From Microcoleaceae cyanobacterium (GTDB taxonomy: Bacteria > Cyanobacteriota > Cyanobacteriia > Cyanobacteriales > Microcoleaceae), in the NCBI GenBank assembly GCA_051652765.1, contig JBOFUV010000133.1, positions 38,322 through 102,321 on the forward strand: a stretch of 64,000 nt of DNA, read 5' to 3'. Of the stretch, positions 51,260 to 63,699 are shown in pieces. The notes below the pieces were generated by a model. The model ran no database searches. It was not told where the DNA came from and saw only the letters and a program-made list of their open reading frames with translations. The stretch's first letter is position 1, and every line of letters starts with the position of its first letter. Made by a program: the position numbers and the translations under genes.

Positions 51260-54200
51260 ATGGCTAATCAGACTTACGAAACATCCAACTTTCTGCTTCC
51301 AGACTTGATCGATATCCAACGGTCAAGTTTTCGTTGGTTTCTAGAAACAGGTCTAATTGAAGAGTTGGAGAGCTTTTCTCCAATTACCGATTACACAGGC
51401 AAGCTTGAACTTCACTTCATTGCCAAAGGCTACAAACTGAAGCAACCCAAGTATGATGTCGATGAAGCAAAGCGACGAGATAGTACTTATGCGGTTCAAA
51501 TGTATGTTCCGACTCGTCTGATTAACAAAGAAACGGGAGAGATCAAAGAACAGGATGTTTTCATCGGGGACTTGCCTCTGATGACGGAGCGGGGCACCTT
51601 CATTATTAATGGCGCTGAACGGGTCATCGTTAACCAAATCGTTCGGAGTCCTGGGGTCTATTATAAGTCTGAGATCGATAAAAACCAGCGCCGAACCTAC
51701 AGTGCATCCCTAATTCCGAACCGGGGAGCTTGGCTGAAGTTTGAAACGGATAAAAACGATTTGGTCTGGGTACGGATAGACAAAACTCGCAAGTTATCAG
51801 CCCAAGTCTTGCTCAAGGCATTAGGACTATCGAACAATGAAATCTTCGATGCTCTGCGCCATTCGGACTACTTCCAAAAAACAATCGATCGGGAGGGAGA
51901 GTTCAGTGAAGAAGATGCCTTGATGGAACTCTATCGAAAACTCCGCCCTGGGGAGCCTCCAACGGTTGCTGGAGGTGAGCAACTGCTACACAATCGCTTT
52001 TTTGATCCAAAACGCTATGATTTGGGTCGAGTGGGGCGATACAAGCTCAACCGGAAGCTGCGTTTGACCGTACCAGACACGATGCGGGTTCTGACTCCTA
52101 CAGATATTTTATCAGCAATTGACTACCTGGTCAACCTAGAGTATGACATTGGAGAAACGGATGATATTGACCACTTGGGAAATCGTCGGGTTCGCTCCGT
52201 CGGGGAACTTTTGCAGAACCAGGTAAGGGTGGGTCTCAACCGCTTGGAGCGGATTATTCGGGAGCGTATGACCGTGAGTGATTCGGACTCCCTCACGCCA
52301 GCTTCTTTGGTGAACCCAAAACCCCTAGTGGCAGCAATTAAGGAATTCTTTGGCAGTTCTCAACTGTCTCAGTTCATGGATCAAACCAATCCTCTCGCTG
52401 AGCTGACCCATAAGCGCCGGTTGTCAGCATTAGGGCCAGGGGGATTAACTCGTGAACGGGCCGGATTTGCGGTTCGGGATATTCACCCCTCCCACTACGG
52501 ACGAATTTGCCCAATTGAGACTCCAGAAGGGCCGAACGCTGGATTAATCGGTTCCCTTGCGACCCATGCTCGGGTGAACCCCTATGGCTTCATCGAAACG
52601 CCGTATTATCCAGTCGAAAACGGTCGGGTACGGTTTGATGTCACGCCAATTTACATGACAGCAGACGAAGAGGATGATTTACGGGTTGCTCCAGGTGACA
52701 TTAGCACCGATGTCGAGGGATACATTCTAGGAGATTTGGTTCCCGTGCGGTATCGCCAGGATTTCACGACCACTACTCCAAATCAGGTGGACTACGTTGC
52801 TGTTTCTCCGGTACAGATTATCTCTGTTGCCACGTCGCTGATTCCATTTCTAGAACATGATGATGCAAACCGTGCCCTGATGGGGTCTAACATGCAGCGT
52901 CAAGCTGTTCCCTTGTTGCGCCCTGAACGTCCTCTAGTGGGGACTGGGCTTGAGGCCCAAGCAGCTCGGGACTCTGGCATGGTGATTGTGTCTCAAACCG
53001 ATGGCGAAGTTAGCTATGTAGACGGCTCCATGATCAAGGTCATGAGTCTACAAGGGCGAGAGTATGAATATGAGTTGCAGAAATATCAACGGTCAAACCA
53101 AGATACTTGTCTAAACCAGCGACCTCTGGTGTATGAAGGCGATCAAGTCGTTGCAGGTCAAGTCCTCGCAGATGGTTCCTCCACTGAGGGGGCCGAGCTG
53201 GCTCTAGGGCACAACGTTGTCGTAGCATATATGCCTTGGGAGGGCTACAACTACGAAGACGCGATCCTGATCAGTGAGCGCCTTGTTTACAACGATATTT
53301 ACACGTCGATTCACGTCGAGAAGTTCGAGATTGAAGCCCGTCAGACCAAGTTGGGGCCAGAAGAAATCACCCGAGAGATTCCCAACGTGGGTGAGGATTC
53401 CCTCAGACAACTCGATTCGAATGGCATTATTCGGGTTGGAGCCTGGGTTGAGTCCGGGGACATCTTGGTAGGCAAAGTCACTCCTAAAGGAGAATCAGAT
53501 CAGCCTCCGGAAGAGAAGTTGCTGCGGGCAATCTTTGGGGAAAAAGCCCGAGACGTTCGAGACAATTCCTTGCGCGTCCCAAATGGCGAAAAAGGCCGCG
53601 TGGTTGATGTGCGGGTGTTTACCCGTGAACAAGGAGATGAGTTGCCTCCGGGTGCCAACATGGTTGTCCGGGTTTATGTTGCCCAGAAGCGGAAAATTCA
53701 AGTTGGGGACAAAATGGCAGGTCGCCATGGCAACAAAGGCATTGTGTCTCGTATTTTGTCGATTGAAGATATGCCCTATCTCCCCGATGGCCGCCCGGTT
53801 GACATTGTGTTAAATCCCTTAGGGGTTCCTTCTCGAATGAACGTGGGTCAGATTTTTGAGTGCCTTTTAGGATGGGCTGGGGAAAACCTGAAAATGCGCT
53901 TTAAAGTGATTCCCTTTGATGAAATGCATGGCTTGGAAATGTCACGGGAAACCGTTCATGGCAAGTTGAAGGAAGCGAGTGAAAAGACCAAACGAGATTG
54001 GGTCTTTAATCCGAATTATCCCGGCAAGACTCAAGTCTACGATGGTCGCACGGGTGAACCTTTCGATCAGCCCGTAACGGTTGGGGTTGCCTACATGCTG
54101 AAACTCGTTCACCTGGTAGATGATAAGATTCACGCTCGTTCTACAGGCCCTTATTCTTTGGTGACACAGCAGCCTCTCGGCGGCAAAGCCCAGCAAGGTG

Positions 54201-54559
54201 GACAACGCTTTGGGGAGATGGAAGTATGGGCTTTGGAAGCATTTGGAGCAGCGTACACCTTGCAAGAATTGCTGACCGTTAAGTCTGATGACATGCAGGG
54301 ACGAAATGAAGCGTTAAATGCCATTGTCAAGGGCAAGGCCATTCCCCGTCCGGGAACCCCAGAATCCTTTAAAGTGTTGATGCGAGAGTTGCAATCTCTG
54401 TGCCTAGATATTGCCGTACACAAAGTAGACACGGCTGAAGATGGCACCAGCCAGGATAGTGAGGTGGATTTGATGGCAGACGATCCTCAGCGAGGCCGAA
54501 CGCCGTCCAGACCTACCTATGAAGTGAGTCATAATGCTGCGGCCGATGACGACAACTAA
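51260..54559 (+). CDS. rpoB: RNA polymerase beta subunit
   Basis: Full-length conserved motifs ([21 protein letters not shown]). Confidence 0.99.
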   Translation: MANQTYETSNFLLPDLIDIQRSSFRWFLETGLIEELESFSPITDYTGKLELHFIAKGYKLKQPKYDVDEAKRRDSTYAVQMYVPTRLINKETGEIKEQDVFIGDLPLMTERGTFIINGAERVIVNQIVRSPGVYYKSEIDKNQRRTYSASLIPNRGAWLKFETDKNDLVWVRIDKTRKLSAQVLLKALGLSNNEIFDALRHSDYFQKTIDREGEFSEEDALMELYRKLRPGEPPTVAGGEQLLHNRFFDPKRYDLGRVGRYKLNRKLRLTVPDTMRVLTPTDILSAIDYLVNLEYDIGETDDIDHLGNRRVRSVGELLQNQVRVGLNRLERIIRERMTVSDSDSLTPASLVNPKPLVAAIKEFFGSSQLSQFMDQTNPLAELTHKRRLSALGPGGLTRERAGFAVRDIHPSHYGRICPIETPEGPNAGLIGSLATHARVNPYGFIETPYYPVENGRVRFDVTPIYMTADEEDDLRVAPGDISTDVEGYILGDLVPVRYRQDFTTTTPNQVDYVAVSPVQIISVATSLIPFLEHDDANRALMGSNMQRQAVPLLRPERPLVGTGLEAQAARDSGMVIVSQTDGEVSYVDGSMIKVMSLQGREYEYELQKYQRSNQDTCLNQRPLVYEGDQVVAGQVLADGSSTEGAELALGHNVVVAYMPWEGYNYEDAILISERLVYNDIYTSIHVEKFEIEARQTKLGPEEITREIPNVGEDSLRQLDSNGIIRVGAWVESGDILVGKVTPKGESDQPPEEKLLRAIFGEKARDVRDNSLRVPNGEKGRVVDVRVFTREQGDELPPGANMVVRVYVAQKRKIQVGDKMAGRHGNKGIVSRILSIEDMPYLPDGRPVDIVLNPLGVPSRMNVGQIFECLLGWAGENLKMRFKVIPFDEMHGLEMSRETVHGKLKEASEKTKRDWVFNPNYPGKTQVYDGRTGEPFDQPVTVGVAYMLKLVHLVDDKIHARSTGPYSLVTQQPLGGKAQQGGQRFGEMEVWALEAFGAAYTLQELLTVKSDDMQGRNEALNAIVKGKAIPRPGTPESFKVLMRELQSLCLDIAVHKVDTAEDGTSQDSEVDLMADDPQRGRTPSRPTYEVSHNAAADDDN

Positions 54560-54645
54560 TACTTACTCCCCTTGCCCTCGCCCATGACCCTGACTCACCC
54601 TGAGACTAATTAGTAATCTAGCAATCCATACCCAACAGTTCAACT

Positions 54646-56538
54646 ATGCCCAAATTAGAACAACGTTTTGATTACGTCAAAATTGGCCTAGCTTCCCCAG
54701 AACGGATTCGGCAGTGGGGAGAGCGAACTTTACCAAATGGTCAAGTTGTTGGTGAAGTCACCAAACCAGAAACGATTAACTATCGGACACTCAAGCCGGA
54801 AATGGATGGGCTATTTTGCGAACGGATATTTGGCCCAGCAAAAGATTGGGAGTGTCATTGTGGGAAGTACAAGCGAGTCCGGCATCGTGGAATTGTCTGT
54901 GAGCGTTGCGGTGTTGAGGTAACAGAGTCCAGGGTACGTCGCCATCGCATGGGGTTCATTAAATTGGCTGCCCCGGTGACCCATGTCTGGTATCTCAAGG
55001 GAATTCCAAGCTACATGGCGATCTTACTGGATATGCCGTTGCGAGATGTGGAACAGGTCGTTTATTTCAATGCCTACGTTGTTTTGAATCCCGGCAGTGC
55101 CGATCATCTCAGCTATAAGCAACTCCTCACTGAAGATCAATGGCTCGAAATTGAAGAACAGATCTACAGCGAAGATGGCACTCTGACTGGGGTTGAAGTG
55201 GGGATTGGGGCGGAGGCGATCACTCGATTGCTGGAGGATATTCCCCTAGAAGAAGAAGCAGAAAAACTGCGGGAAGGGATCACAACAGCCAAGGGTCAGA
55301 AACGAGCCAAGTACATCAAACGTCTTCGGGTGATTGATAACTTTGTGGCAACTGGATCGAGGCCCGATTGGATGGTGCTGTATATGATTCCGGTGATTCC
55401 CCCTGACCTGAGGCCGATGGTGCAATTGGATGGGGGTCGATTTGCCACCAGCGACCTGAACGATCTCTATCGCCGGGTGATTAACCGCAATAACCGTCTG
55501 GCCCGACTCCAGGAAATTTTGGCTCCAGAGATTATTATCCGAAACGAAAAGCGGATGTTACAGGAGGCAGTTGATGCGCTGATTGACAATGGCCGCCGGG
55601 GCCGCACGGTGGTGGGCGCTAATAATCGCCCGCTGAAATCCCTGTCAGACATTATTGAAGGAAAACAGGGTCGTTTCCGGCAAAACCTCTTGGGCAAGCG
55701 GGTAGACTACTCGGGGCGTTCTGTCATTGTAGTAGGCCCAAAACTGAAAATGCATCAGTGTGGCTTGCCTCGGGAAATGGCGATCGAACTCTTTCAGCCC
55801 TTTGTGATTCACCGTTTGATTCGCCAAGGGCTGGTCAACAACATCAAAGCTGCGAAAAAGTTGATTCAGCGGGGAGACCCCAGTGTCTGGGATGTTTTAG
55901 AGGAGGTCATTGCCGGACACCCCATCATGTTAAATCGCGCCCCGACGCTCCACCGTCTGGGAATTCAATCATTTGAACCGTTACTGGTTGAGGGGAGGGC
56001 CATTCAGCTTCACCCCTTAGTTTGTCCAGCCTTTAACGCGGACTTCGACGGAGACCAAATGGCGGTGCATGTACCCCTGTCGATTGAAGCTCAGGCAGAG
56101 GCCCGTCTCTTGATGCTAGCTTGCAACAATATCCTGTCCCCAGCAACGGGGACTCCAATTGTTACCCCTAGCCAAGACATGGTTTTAGGCTGTTACTATT
56201 TGACGGCTGAGAATCCAAAAGTTCAAGACAATGCAGGACGGTACTTTTCCGGTCCCGAAGACGTGATTATGGCCTATGAACAGAAAGCGGTTCATCTCCA
56301 TACCTACGTCTGGGTTCGGTTCGATGGCGAAATCTGGCAGCATGAATCTGAGCAGTTGGACAAGGAAGAACAGTCGGCAGATGGGACGGTGATCACCAAG
56401 CTCTATGTTGGCGAAAAAACTCGTAAGCCAACCCGTCGAGTTCGCGAAGATCGGCAGGGAATGTTGATATCTCAATACGTTTATACAACTCCTGGCCGTG
56501 TGATTTTTAATAAAACCGTGCAGGATTCTCTCGTTTGA
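54646..56538 (+). CDS. rpoC1: RNA polymerase gamma subunit
   Basis: Zn finger and NADFDGDQM catalytic motif. Confidence 0.99.
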   Translation: MPKLEQRFDYVKIGLASPERIRQWGERTLPNGQVVGEVTKPETINYRTLKPEMDGLFCERIFGPAKDWECHCGKYKRVRHRGIVCERCGVEVTESRVRRHRMGFIKLAAPVTHVWYLKGIPSYMAILLDMPLRDVEQVVYFNAYVVLNPGSADHLSYKQLLTEDQWLEIEEQIYSEDGTLTGVEVGIGAEAITRLLEDIPLEEEAEKLREGITTAKGQKRAKYIKRLRVIDNFVATGSRPDWMVLYMIPVIPPDLRPMVQLDGGRFATSDLNDLYRRVINRNNRLARLQEILAPEIIIRNEKRMLQEAVDALIDNGRRGRTVVGANNRPLKSLSDIIEGKQGRFRQNLLGKRVDYSGRSVIVVGPKLKMHQCGLPREMAIELFQPFVIHRLIRQGLVNNIKAAKKLIQRGDPSVWDVLEEVIAGHPIMLNRAPTLHRLGIQSFEPLLVEGRAIQLHPLVCPAFNADFDGDQMAVHVPLSIEAQAEARLLMLACNNILSPATGTPIVTPSQDMVLGCYYLTAENPKVQDNAGRYFSGPEDVIMAYEQKAVHLHTYVWVRFDGEIWQHESEQLDKEEQSADGTVITKLYVGEKTRKPTRRVREDRQGMLISQYVYTTPGRVIFNKTVQDSLV

Positions 56539-56690
56539 AGAACTGGATCGGTTGCCCAACCTTTAACTGCGGTTAAGTAGCCGATTCAGAACTAACTCGA
56601 GATCTAAACAGCACCTTAAGACTATTTTTCAATTTTTCAATGGACGGATTACACGTCTACATGCAAACCTCTGAAGCTGGACATTGACCC

Positions 56691-59600
56691 ATGACGGAAA
56701 TGAAGAAGGTCTTTCGTAATCAAGTAATCGACAAGAAACAGCTCAAGAAACTGATCTCTTGGGCATTTACCACTTACGGCACTGCTCGCACCGCTCAACT
56801 GGCTGACCATTTGAAGGATATGGGCTTCCGCTACGCAACCAAGGCAGGGGTTTCTATCAGTGTGGAAGACTTACAAGTCCCTCCTTCCAAGCGGGAGTTG
56901 CTAGATGCGGCTCAGGAAGAAATCCGTCGAACTGAACATCGTTATACCAAAGGGGAAATTACAGAAGTCGAACGGTTCCAGAAGGTTGTAGATACCTGGA
57001 ATGGTACCTCTGAAGCCTTAAAAGATGCCGTCGTCAAGAACTTCAAAGAGAGCAACCCGTTAAACTCTGTCTACATGATGGCCTTCTCCGGAGCCCGAGG
57101 AAACATTTCCCAGGTTCGACAACTGGTCGGAATGCGGGGACTGATGGCCAATCCCCAGGGGGAAATTATTGACTTGCCGATCAAGACCAACTTCCGAGAA
57201 GGCTTGACGGTAACGGAGTATATCATTTCTTCCTATGGAGCGCGCAAAGGACTGGTTGACACCGCACTGCGAACAGCCGACTCGGGTTATCTCACTCGAC
57301 GATTGGTTGATGTATCTCAAGATGTGATCCTGCGGGAAATTGACTGTGGAACCGACCGAGGAATTTGGCTGAGAAATATGACCGATGGCGATCGCATCTT
57401 GATTGACCTCCAGGATCGGCTGTTTGGTCGAGTCATCGGCAAAGATGTCTTTCATCCGGAAACCGGAGAACTGATTGCCGCTCGCAACCAAGATATCTCC
57501 GCTGACCTCTCCGCTGCCATTTGTAAAGCAGGTGTGCAGGACGTATTTGTGCGATCGCCCCTCACGTGCGAAGCAACTCGCTCAGTCTGTCAGCACTGCT
57601 ATGGCTGGAGTCTAGCCCATGCCAAAATGGCTGACTTGGGAGAAGCCATCGGGATCATTGCGGCCCAGTCTATTGGCGAGCCAGGGACTCAGTTGACCAT
57701 GCGAACCTTCCACACCGGAGGGGTGTTCACGGCAGAGGCTGCCGAAGTCATCAAGGCTCCCATGGATGGGATGATTCAATATAATCCCAAAAAGCTAAAA
57801 CTGCGGGCGTTCCGGACTCGTCATGGAGATGATGCCTTCTATATTGAGAGCAATGGCAATTTTGAGGTTAAGGCGACCGAGGGTGACCGGGTCGAGAAGA
57901 TCAACGTCAACCAAGGCGCAACCCTTGTGGTTCAGACGGGGCAGGTTGTGACCCAGGGGCAAATCTTAGTTGAAATTCCGGCCAGTGGTCGAACTGCCCG
58001 GAAGACTACGGAAAAAGCAACTAAAGACGTTGCTACCAATTTGGCAGGAGAGATCAAATTTGCCGATGTGGTTCCGGAAGAAAAGGTTGACCGTCAGGGC
58101 AATATGACTCGGATTGCTCAACGGGGCGGGTTGCTCTGGGTACTGGCTGGAGAGGTTTATAATCTTCCCACAGGGGCAGAACCAACGGTTAAAAATGGCG
58201 ATCGCATCGAACCCAATAGTGTTCTCGCTCAAACCAAATTAATCTCTGAACATGGCGGGATTGTTCGGATTACGGTCGCAGATCCCTCAACCGCCACCGT
58301 GGATGAAGCGTCGGAGGAAACAGTTGAAAGTGCCCTGGCGGTTGCAGAGGGTTCAGAGTTGCCCCGAGAGATTGAGATTATTACGGCTTCAGTGTTGCTC
58401 CATCAAGCAGCCGTGAGAGTCCATCAGTTCCAAAATCGAGAACAGTATGTGATCGACACCAATAGTAACCACCGCTTTCTCTTGAAGGTTTCTCCTGGCA
58501 CTAAGGTCGAAAACCATGAAGTGATTGCTGAACTGATGGATGATAGCTACCAGACGAATACAGGAGGGCTCCTTAAGTATGCGGGCGTAGAGGTTGCCAA
58601 ACGAGGAAAAGCCAAACAAGGATACGAGGTTGTCAAGGGGGGAACCCTGCTCTGGATTCCAGAGGAGTGTCATGAGGTCAACAAAGACATTTCTCTCCTA
58701 TCCGTTGAGGATGGTCAGTATGTCGAAGCCGGAACCGAAGTGGTGAAAGACATCTTTTGCCAGACGAACGGGGTTGTTGAGGTCACCCAAAAAAATGACA
58801 TCTTGCGGGAAATTGTGATCAAACCGGGTGATCTTCACCTAGTTGATGATCCAGAAATGGTCATGGCTATTGATGGTCAAATTGTCAATTCTGGTCAGGA
58901 AGCAATTCCGGGTTTGGTTGCCAAGGATCTGAGCTACATTGAGTATGTTGAGACTCCAGAGGGGCCTGCCCTGTTACTGCGGCCTGTGGTAGAGTTTCAG
59001 GTTTCAGAAACTCCGCCTGTGCCTTCCCAAGAGTCTTTAAATCAGTCGATTTCACTTCAGGCTGTTCAACGGATCTCCTACAAAGATGGGGAGCGGGTAC
59101 GTTCTGTGGAAGGAGTTGAACTCCTGAGAACTCAATTGGTGATCAATATTGGGACAGAAGCTCCTCAACTTGCTGCTGATATTGAGCTGGTTCCAGATGA
59201 GAAAGACCCCGATATTCTCCGCTTACAGTTGGTGATTTTAGAGTCTCTTGTGATTCGACGGGATATTATTGCCGATGCAACTCAGGGAAGCACTCGAACT
59301 CAACTGTTGGTCAAGGATGGTCAAGAAATTGAACCTGGAGCTGTTGTCAGTCGCACCCAAATTCTGTCTAAGGATGGTGGCATCATTGGCGGGATTAAGT
59401 CTGGAGTAGAAGTGATTCGTCGGGTGCTTGTGGTGCGGGATGCCGATCTGAAGGTGATTGATCTCCCTGAGTCAGAGGCTCCACTGGTAAAACCGGGTCA
59501 ACTCCTGGTAGAAGGAACACCACTCGCCCAAGGCGTGATTACTCCTGAATCAGGTCAGGTGGTTTCAGTGTTGCGAGGAGGAGCAGATGCAGCGGCCAAA

Positions 59601-60779
59601 GCTGGGGCAGACTCCAAGCTCGTAGAGTCTAAAACCAGAGTTGTTCTGAGACTTGGACGGCCCTATCGAGTTTCTACGGGAGCAGTTCTCCACCTCAATG
59701 ATGGTGACTTGGTACAACGGGGAGATAATCTCGTCCTACTCGTCTTTGAACGGGCCAAAACGGGAGATATTATTCAGGGCTTACCCCGAATCGAGGAACT
59801 CTTGGAAGCCCGAAAGCCCAAAGAAGCCTGTATTCTGGCGCGCCGTCCTGGAACAGCTCAAGTCAGTGTAGATGATGAAATCGTTGAGATTCGGATTATT
59901 GAACAGGACGGTACCATTCATGAGTATCCCTTGCTACCCGGTCAAACGGTGATTGTCTCCGATGGACAGATCGTAGAAGCCGGACAAGCGGTTACTGATG
60001 GCCCTGCCAATCCCCATGAAATTCTAGAGGTATTTTTTAACTACCTGGTTGAGCTAGACGGAGTGTATGATGCCTCTCTCAAAAGTTTCCAGCAATGTCA
60101 AACTTTCCTCGTGAATGAGGTTCAATCAGTCTATCAATCCCAGGGAATTGACATCTCAGACAAACACATTGAGGTGATTGTGCGCCAGATGACCTCTAAG
60201 GTAAGAATTGAGGATGGCGGAGATACAACGATGCTACCCGGAGAATTGGTGGAGTTGCGGCAGGTAGAACAGGTGAATGAAGCCATGTCCATTACTGGAT
60301 TTGCCCCAGCGAACTATACTCCTGTGCTGTTAGGAATTACTAAAGCTTCCTTGAATACTGATAGTTTTATTTCCGCTGCTAGCTTCCAAGAAACAACCCG
60401 TGTTTTGACAGAGGCGGCGATTGAAGGGAAATCTGACTGGTTGCGGGGCTTGAAGGAAAACGTCATTATTGGACGTTTGATTCCTGCTGGGAGTGGGTTC
60501 AATGCTTATGAAGAAGCATCTGGAGGGGATTTAGGCTATGACGGAACTGCAGCAGGGTATTACGAAGATGATCAAGATGACGAACTGATGACCGATGTTG
60601 TTTTAGATGACGAAACGGCGCGGGTCTATGGCAGTCCAGTAAAGCTAGATCAAGAGGATATTGTTCAAGCTTTTGGTGCTAAACCCAGTCGAGATACCTT
60701 CCTTAGCGATGAACCTGGATTGCTACCTTCATTCGTGGATGATGAACTGATCGATGATGGCTACGGTGAAGAGGAGTAA
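56691..60779 (+). CDS. rpoC2: RNA polymerase beta' subunit (C-terminal part, with the large cyanobacterial insertion)
   Basis: [26 protein letters not shown] and [10 protein letters not shown] motifs. Confidence 0.99.
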   Translation: MTEMKKVFRNQVIDKKQLKKLISWAFTTYGTARTAQLADHLKDMGFRYATKAGVSISVEDLQVPPSKRELLDAAQEEIRRTEHRYTKGEITEVERFQKVVDTWNGTSEALKDAVVKNFKESNPLNSVYMMAFSGARGNISQVRQLVGMRGLMANPQGEIIDLPIKTNFREGLTVTEYIISSYGARKGLVDTALRTADSGYLTRRLVDVSQDVILREIDCGTDRGIWLRNMTDGDRILIDLQDRLFGRVIGKDVFHPETGELIAARNQDISADLSAAICKAGVQDVFVRSPLTCEATRSVCQHCYGWSLAHAKMADLGEAIGIIAAQSIGEPGTQLTMRTFHTGGVFTAEAAEVIKAPMDGMIQYNPKKLKLRAFRTRHGDDAFYIESNGNFEVKATEGDRVEKINVNQGATLVVQTGQVVTQGQILVEIPASGRTARKTTEKATKDVATNLAGEIKFADVVPEEKVDRQGNMTRIAQRGGLLWVLAGEVYNLPTGAEPTVKNGDRIEPNSVLAQTKLISEHGGIVRITVADPSTATVDEASEETVESALAVAEGSELPREIEIITASVLLHQAAVRVHQFQNREQYVIDTNSNHRFLLKVSPGTKVENHEVIAELMDDSYQTNTGGLLKYAGVEVAKRGKAKQGYEVVKGGTLLWIPEECHEVNKDISLLSVEDGQYVEAGTEVVKDIFCQTNGVVEVTQKNDILREIVIKPGDLHLVDDPEMVMAIDGQIVNSGQEAIPGLVAKDLSYIEYVETPEGPALLLRPVVEFQVSETPPVPSQESLNQSISLQAVQRISYKDGERVRSVEGVELLRTQLVINIGTEAPQLAADIELVPDEKDPDILRLQLVILESLVIRRDIIADATQGSTRTQLLVKDGQEIEPGAVVSRTQILSKDGGIIGGIKSGVEVIRRVLVVRDADLKVIDLPESEAPLVKPGQLLVEGTPLAQGVITPESGQVVSVLRGGADAAAKAGADSKLVESKTRVVLRLGRPYRVSTGAVLHLNDGDLVQRGDNLVLLVFERAKTGDIIQGLPRIEELLEARKPKEACILARRPGTAQVSVDDEIVEIRIIEQDGTIHEYPLLPGQTVIVSDGQIVEAGQAVTDGPANPHEILEVFFNYLVELDGVYDASLKSFQQCQTFLVNEVQSVYQSQGIDISDKHIEVIVRQMTSKVRIEDGGDTTMLPGELVELRQVEQVNEAMSITGFAPANYTPVLLGITKASLNTDSFISAASFQETTRVLTEAAIEGKSDWLRGLKENVIIGRLIPAGSGFNAYEEASGGDLGYDGTAAGYYEDDQDDELMTDVVLDDETARVYGSPVKLDQEDIVQAFGAKPSRDTFLSDEPGLLPSFVDDELIDDGYGEEE

Positions 60780-60810
60780 CTGTAACTCATACTGAGTTAA
60801 GCTTGAATTT

Positions 60811-60832
60811 AAGGGCGAGGTAACTCGCCCTT
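60811..60832 (+). terminator. Terminator hairpin after rpoC2
   Basis: AAGGGCGAG-GTAA-CTCGCCCTT. Confidence 0.75.
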
Positions 60833-60855
60833 CTTGATTGGGTTTCAGCTAAACA

Positions 60856-61110
60856 CTATCCTCTCTTCGGCGGCAAAAAGATAGAAAAAACGTACCCAAC
60901 CACCCAAGACATTAGCTTGTTGAGTTTCCAATAAAACCCACTGGCTAAATGTTGACCAGAAGAAACGTGCCCTAAAAGAACTCGTTTCCTGATAGGTTGA
61001 GTACGATGTCTTTCCGTTAACTCAACCGGATCAATCGTGATGGGGGATAATTTCCAGTTTCCTGTAGTCGATACTGTATTACTCTGAACCAAAACACTGT
61101 TTTTCATCAT
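60856..61110 (-). CDS. Possible small hypothetical protein (84 aa)
   Basis: ATG ORF converging on the rpoC2 terminator, hydrophobic C-terminus; no recognised motif. Confidence 0.35.
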   Translation of the reverse strand: MMKNSVLVQSNTVSTTGNWKLSPITIDPVELTERHRTQPIRKRVLLGHVSSGQHLASGFYWKLNKLMSWVVGYVFSIFLPPKRG

Positions 61111-61595
61111 ACTCAGTTATTAACCGCTTTACGGCTTTGCATTTGGCAACCCCTAAATTCTTCTTTCCAAACTTCAAAGTAAATTCGGGATTGCGCTTTG
61201 TAATTGCGACAAACCTTTATGTTCTTGACCTGAGATGCTATGGGAACCCCGAACAATCTGTGAGAAACTGAACGACTCGTGCCCTACTTTTAGAGTTCAC
61301 ACCCAAATCCTTACCAAAAAGCCATAACAATCCCAAACAGATCAAGGACAAAACGAGGGTATTTGTAAAGGATAAAACTTATCCTAAGTGTGTCAGGGAA
61401 GCAACATGCTTCTACAACATTTAAATAGGGTTGCTATGGCTTCTGTATGCCAGGAATCTCCATTTTAAACTTTAACCCCTGACTAATTGCTTGAGCAACA
61501 CTATTAATATCATTTAATGTCATTAACACATGATGTCATTAACAGAGTAGGGCTGCGGCCTTTAGAACTCCAGCTTCATCTATGTAAAAAAATTG

Positions 61596-61611
61596 TGTAA
61601 AAAACGCTACA
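61596..61611. promoter_or_regulatory. NtcA-like box
   Basis: TGTA-AAAAACGC-TACA about 390 bp upstream of the AspT-family gene. Confidence 0.45.
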
Positions 61612-61700
61612 AGGAGGGTTTTAAGATGGGACTTTGCGGAACAAGGCTCCAGTTTCTAACAAGCCCTACAGAACCTCCAGACTTTCAGGTCGAATTTGAA

Positions 61701-61759
61701 GGATTTAACAAAGAATTTAACAAAGGATTTAATAAAGAATTTACCAAAAGTTAATAAAA
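61701..61759. repeat. Tandem repeat, about 5 x 12 bp (GRATTTAACAAA)
   Basis: Read directly. Confidence 0.85.
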
Positions 61760-62000
61760 TTCTATCAGTTTCATAACGTTTTTCTCTCAGACATCTGGTA
61801 AGCTCCACTTCACGGAGATTTATCCTACAATACAGCGGTTTTTGAATCAGTGAGGGACATCTCAGCCACTCAAGTCTCCCTTTTCTAGATGCGAAGCAGC
61901 TTCTCGTTAGAGTAGGGAAATTTAGGGGATCACTTTCCCATCACATTTGAACAAAAACGGCTGTATCTATCCCACAAATATTTATAACTACGGGGAAGCA

Positions 62001-63668
62001 ATGGAAGTTGACCTCTATGATTTGCTCAAAGACCATCCGGAGTTAGTGCTGTTTTTGCTTTTGACCTCGGCCTATCTGATTGGCCGGATTCGGATTGGTC
62101 AACTCGATCTAGGAACACCTCCAGGAATGCTAATTGCTGGGCTAGTTTTTGGACATTTTGGATTTAAGGTCTTTCCCGGCACAGAAACCATTGGACTGCT
62201 GTTCTTTCTCTATGCCGTTGCCTTTCAAGCAGGGCCAGCTTTTTTCTCCGTAGTTCTAGCAGACGGAGTGAACTATGTTGTGATGGCAGCACTTGCAACT
62301 GCTGTTGGATTTGTACTGACGTATCTGTTTCACTCTATCTTCCAGTTTGATCCGGGAGTCGCTGCAGGTTTGTTGGCAGGATCGCTGACTAGCCCTGCTG
62401 GAGTTGCGGCTGCTTTAGATGCCGTTAGGGAAGTTGCTCCCCGGCTATTTCCCAATTTTCCGGTTGGGAGGATCACTGAAAACATTAGCGTAACTTATGC
62501 GATTACTTACCTAATTGGGGATGTGTCAGTGATTCTGTTAGCAAGGAGTCTACCGGGATGGTTGAAGTTTGATCTGGTGGCTGAAGCGTCTAAAGCAGCA
62601 AAGGAAAAAAATGTGACGGAGGGTGATGGGGGTAATGTAAGCTCTCGATTCTTAACTTTGCGAGCTTACCAGGTCAAGAATTCTGATGCAGTTGGTATGA
62701 CTGTAAAAGCGCTACAGCAACAGACCGATTGTTCTGTGCTTCGCTACAAACGAGATGGGGCGCTGATTGAGTTCCAGCCTGAAACACAGCTCGAGTTGGG
62801 CGATCGCTTATCGATTTGGGGGCAAATTGACCAACAGGATCTCCTCGACCAACTGTTTGGCGCAGAAGTTGCAGATGATGACCTACTAGCCCACAAAATC
62901 TCAACCAGTGAGTTAACGGTGACTCAGCCCGAAGTTATTGGTAAAACAATTGGGCAGCTAGAGATGATCCAGCAGTCGGCCTGTTATTTGACCAAGGTCT
63001 CTCGTTCTGGAATCGAACTTCCCCTGAATCCAAACTTGCAAATTGCTCGGGGTGATGTCCTGATATTATCAGGCCCCCAGGGTCGTCTGGGTCATGTTGC
63101 TAGTCAGATTGGATATGTCGAACACAATGTCAATGCCACAGACTTGGTCACTTTTTCTGCGGGAGTAGTGGCTGGGTTCCTCATTGGGCAGATCAGTTTT
63201 AATATTGGCGGAGTGAACGTCGGGCTAGGAACGGCGGGTGGATTACTGTTAGTGGGGATTCTCTTGGGTTATCTGCGGTCGATCCATCCCACCTTTGGCC
63301 GAGTTCCTCCCGCAACGCTCTGGGTTTTTAAAGAGTTAGGGCTGTTGCTCTTTCTGGCAGGGATCGGTGTAGAGGCAGGTCGGGGATTTGTTGAGGCGAT
63401 GCAGTCCTTGGGAGTGGTCATTTTGCTCTGTAGCCTGGTAATCGCAACCCTACCCGTGATTGCGAGTTACCTCTATGGTCAACGGGTTGGACACATGAAC
63501 CCGGCATTGTTACTGGGGGCTGTCACCGGAGCAGTTACCTGTACCCCAGCCATGGCCGCTGTGAGTGAGGATGCTCGGAGTACAATTCCAACCATTGGCT
63601 ATGCTGGAACCTATGCATTTGCAACGGTTTTCAGCGCGATCGCCTGTAGTATCATGACTCGTTTCTAA
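62001..63668 (+). CDS. AspT/YidE/YbjL-family transporter with two TrkA-C domains
   Basis: Duplicated membrane modules (AGSLTSPAG; GAVTGAVTCTPA) flanking two RCK-C domains; ATG at 62001 behind GGGGAAG. Confidence 0.88.
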   Translation: MEVDLYDLLKDHPELVLFLLLTSAYLIGRIRIGQLDLGTPPGMLIAGLVFGHFGFKVFPGTETIGLLFFLYAVAFQAGPAFFSVVLADGVNYVVMAALATAVGFVLTYLFHSIFQFDPGVAAGLLAGSLTSPAGVAAALDAVREVAPRLFPNFPVGRITENISVTYAITYLIGDVSVILLARSLPGWLKFDLVAEASKAAKEKNVTEGDGGNVSSRFLTLRAYQVKNSDAVGMTVKALQQQTDCSVLRYKRDGALIEFQPETQLELGDRLSIWGQIDQQDLLDQLFGAEVADDDLLAHKISTSELTVTQPEVIGKTIGQLEMIQQSACYLTKVSRSGIELPLNPNLQIARGDVLILSGPQGRLGHVASQIGYVEHNVNATDLVTFSAGVVAGFLIGQISFNIGGVNVGLGTAGGLLLVGILLGYLRSIHPTFGRVPPATLWVFKELGLLLFLAGIGVEAGRGFVEAMQSLGVVILLCSLVIATLPVIASYLYGQRVGHMNPALLLGAVTGAVTCTPAMAAVSEDARSTIPTIGYAGTYAFATVFSAIACSIMTRF

Positions 63669-63699
63669 GGTGGAATTAAAGTAAGGTGAATTAAAAAAG

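Larger units (their letters stand above)
221..63643. repeat. HIP1 octamer GCGATCGC, dispersed
   Basis: Seen repeatedly (e.g. 221, 660, 2160, 17101, 32940, 57388, 63636). Roughly three dozen by eye versus about one expected by chance. Typical cyanobacterial HIP1. Confidence 0.9.

Noticed and set aside
51031..51267. 78-aa ORF overlapping the rpoB start
   Set aside because: Its ATG comes from a 14-bp duplication and the composition is non-protein-like; more likely the rpoB leader.
57700..59760. Large insertion in rpoC2 as an intein or novelty
   Set aside because: This is the standard cyanobacterial SI3 insertion; no intein splice motifs seen.
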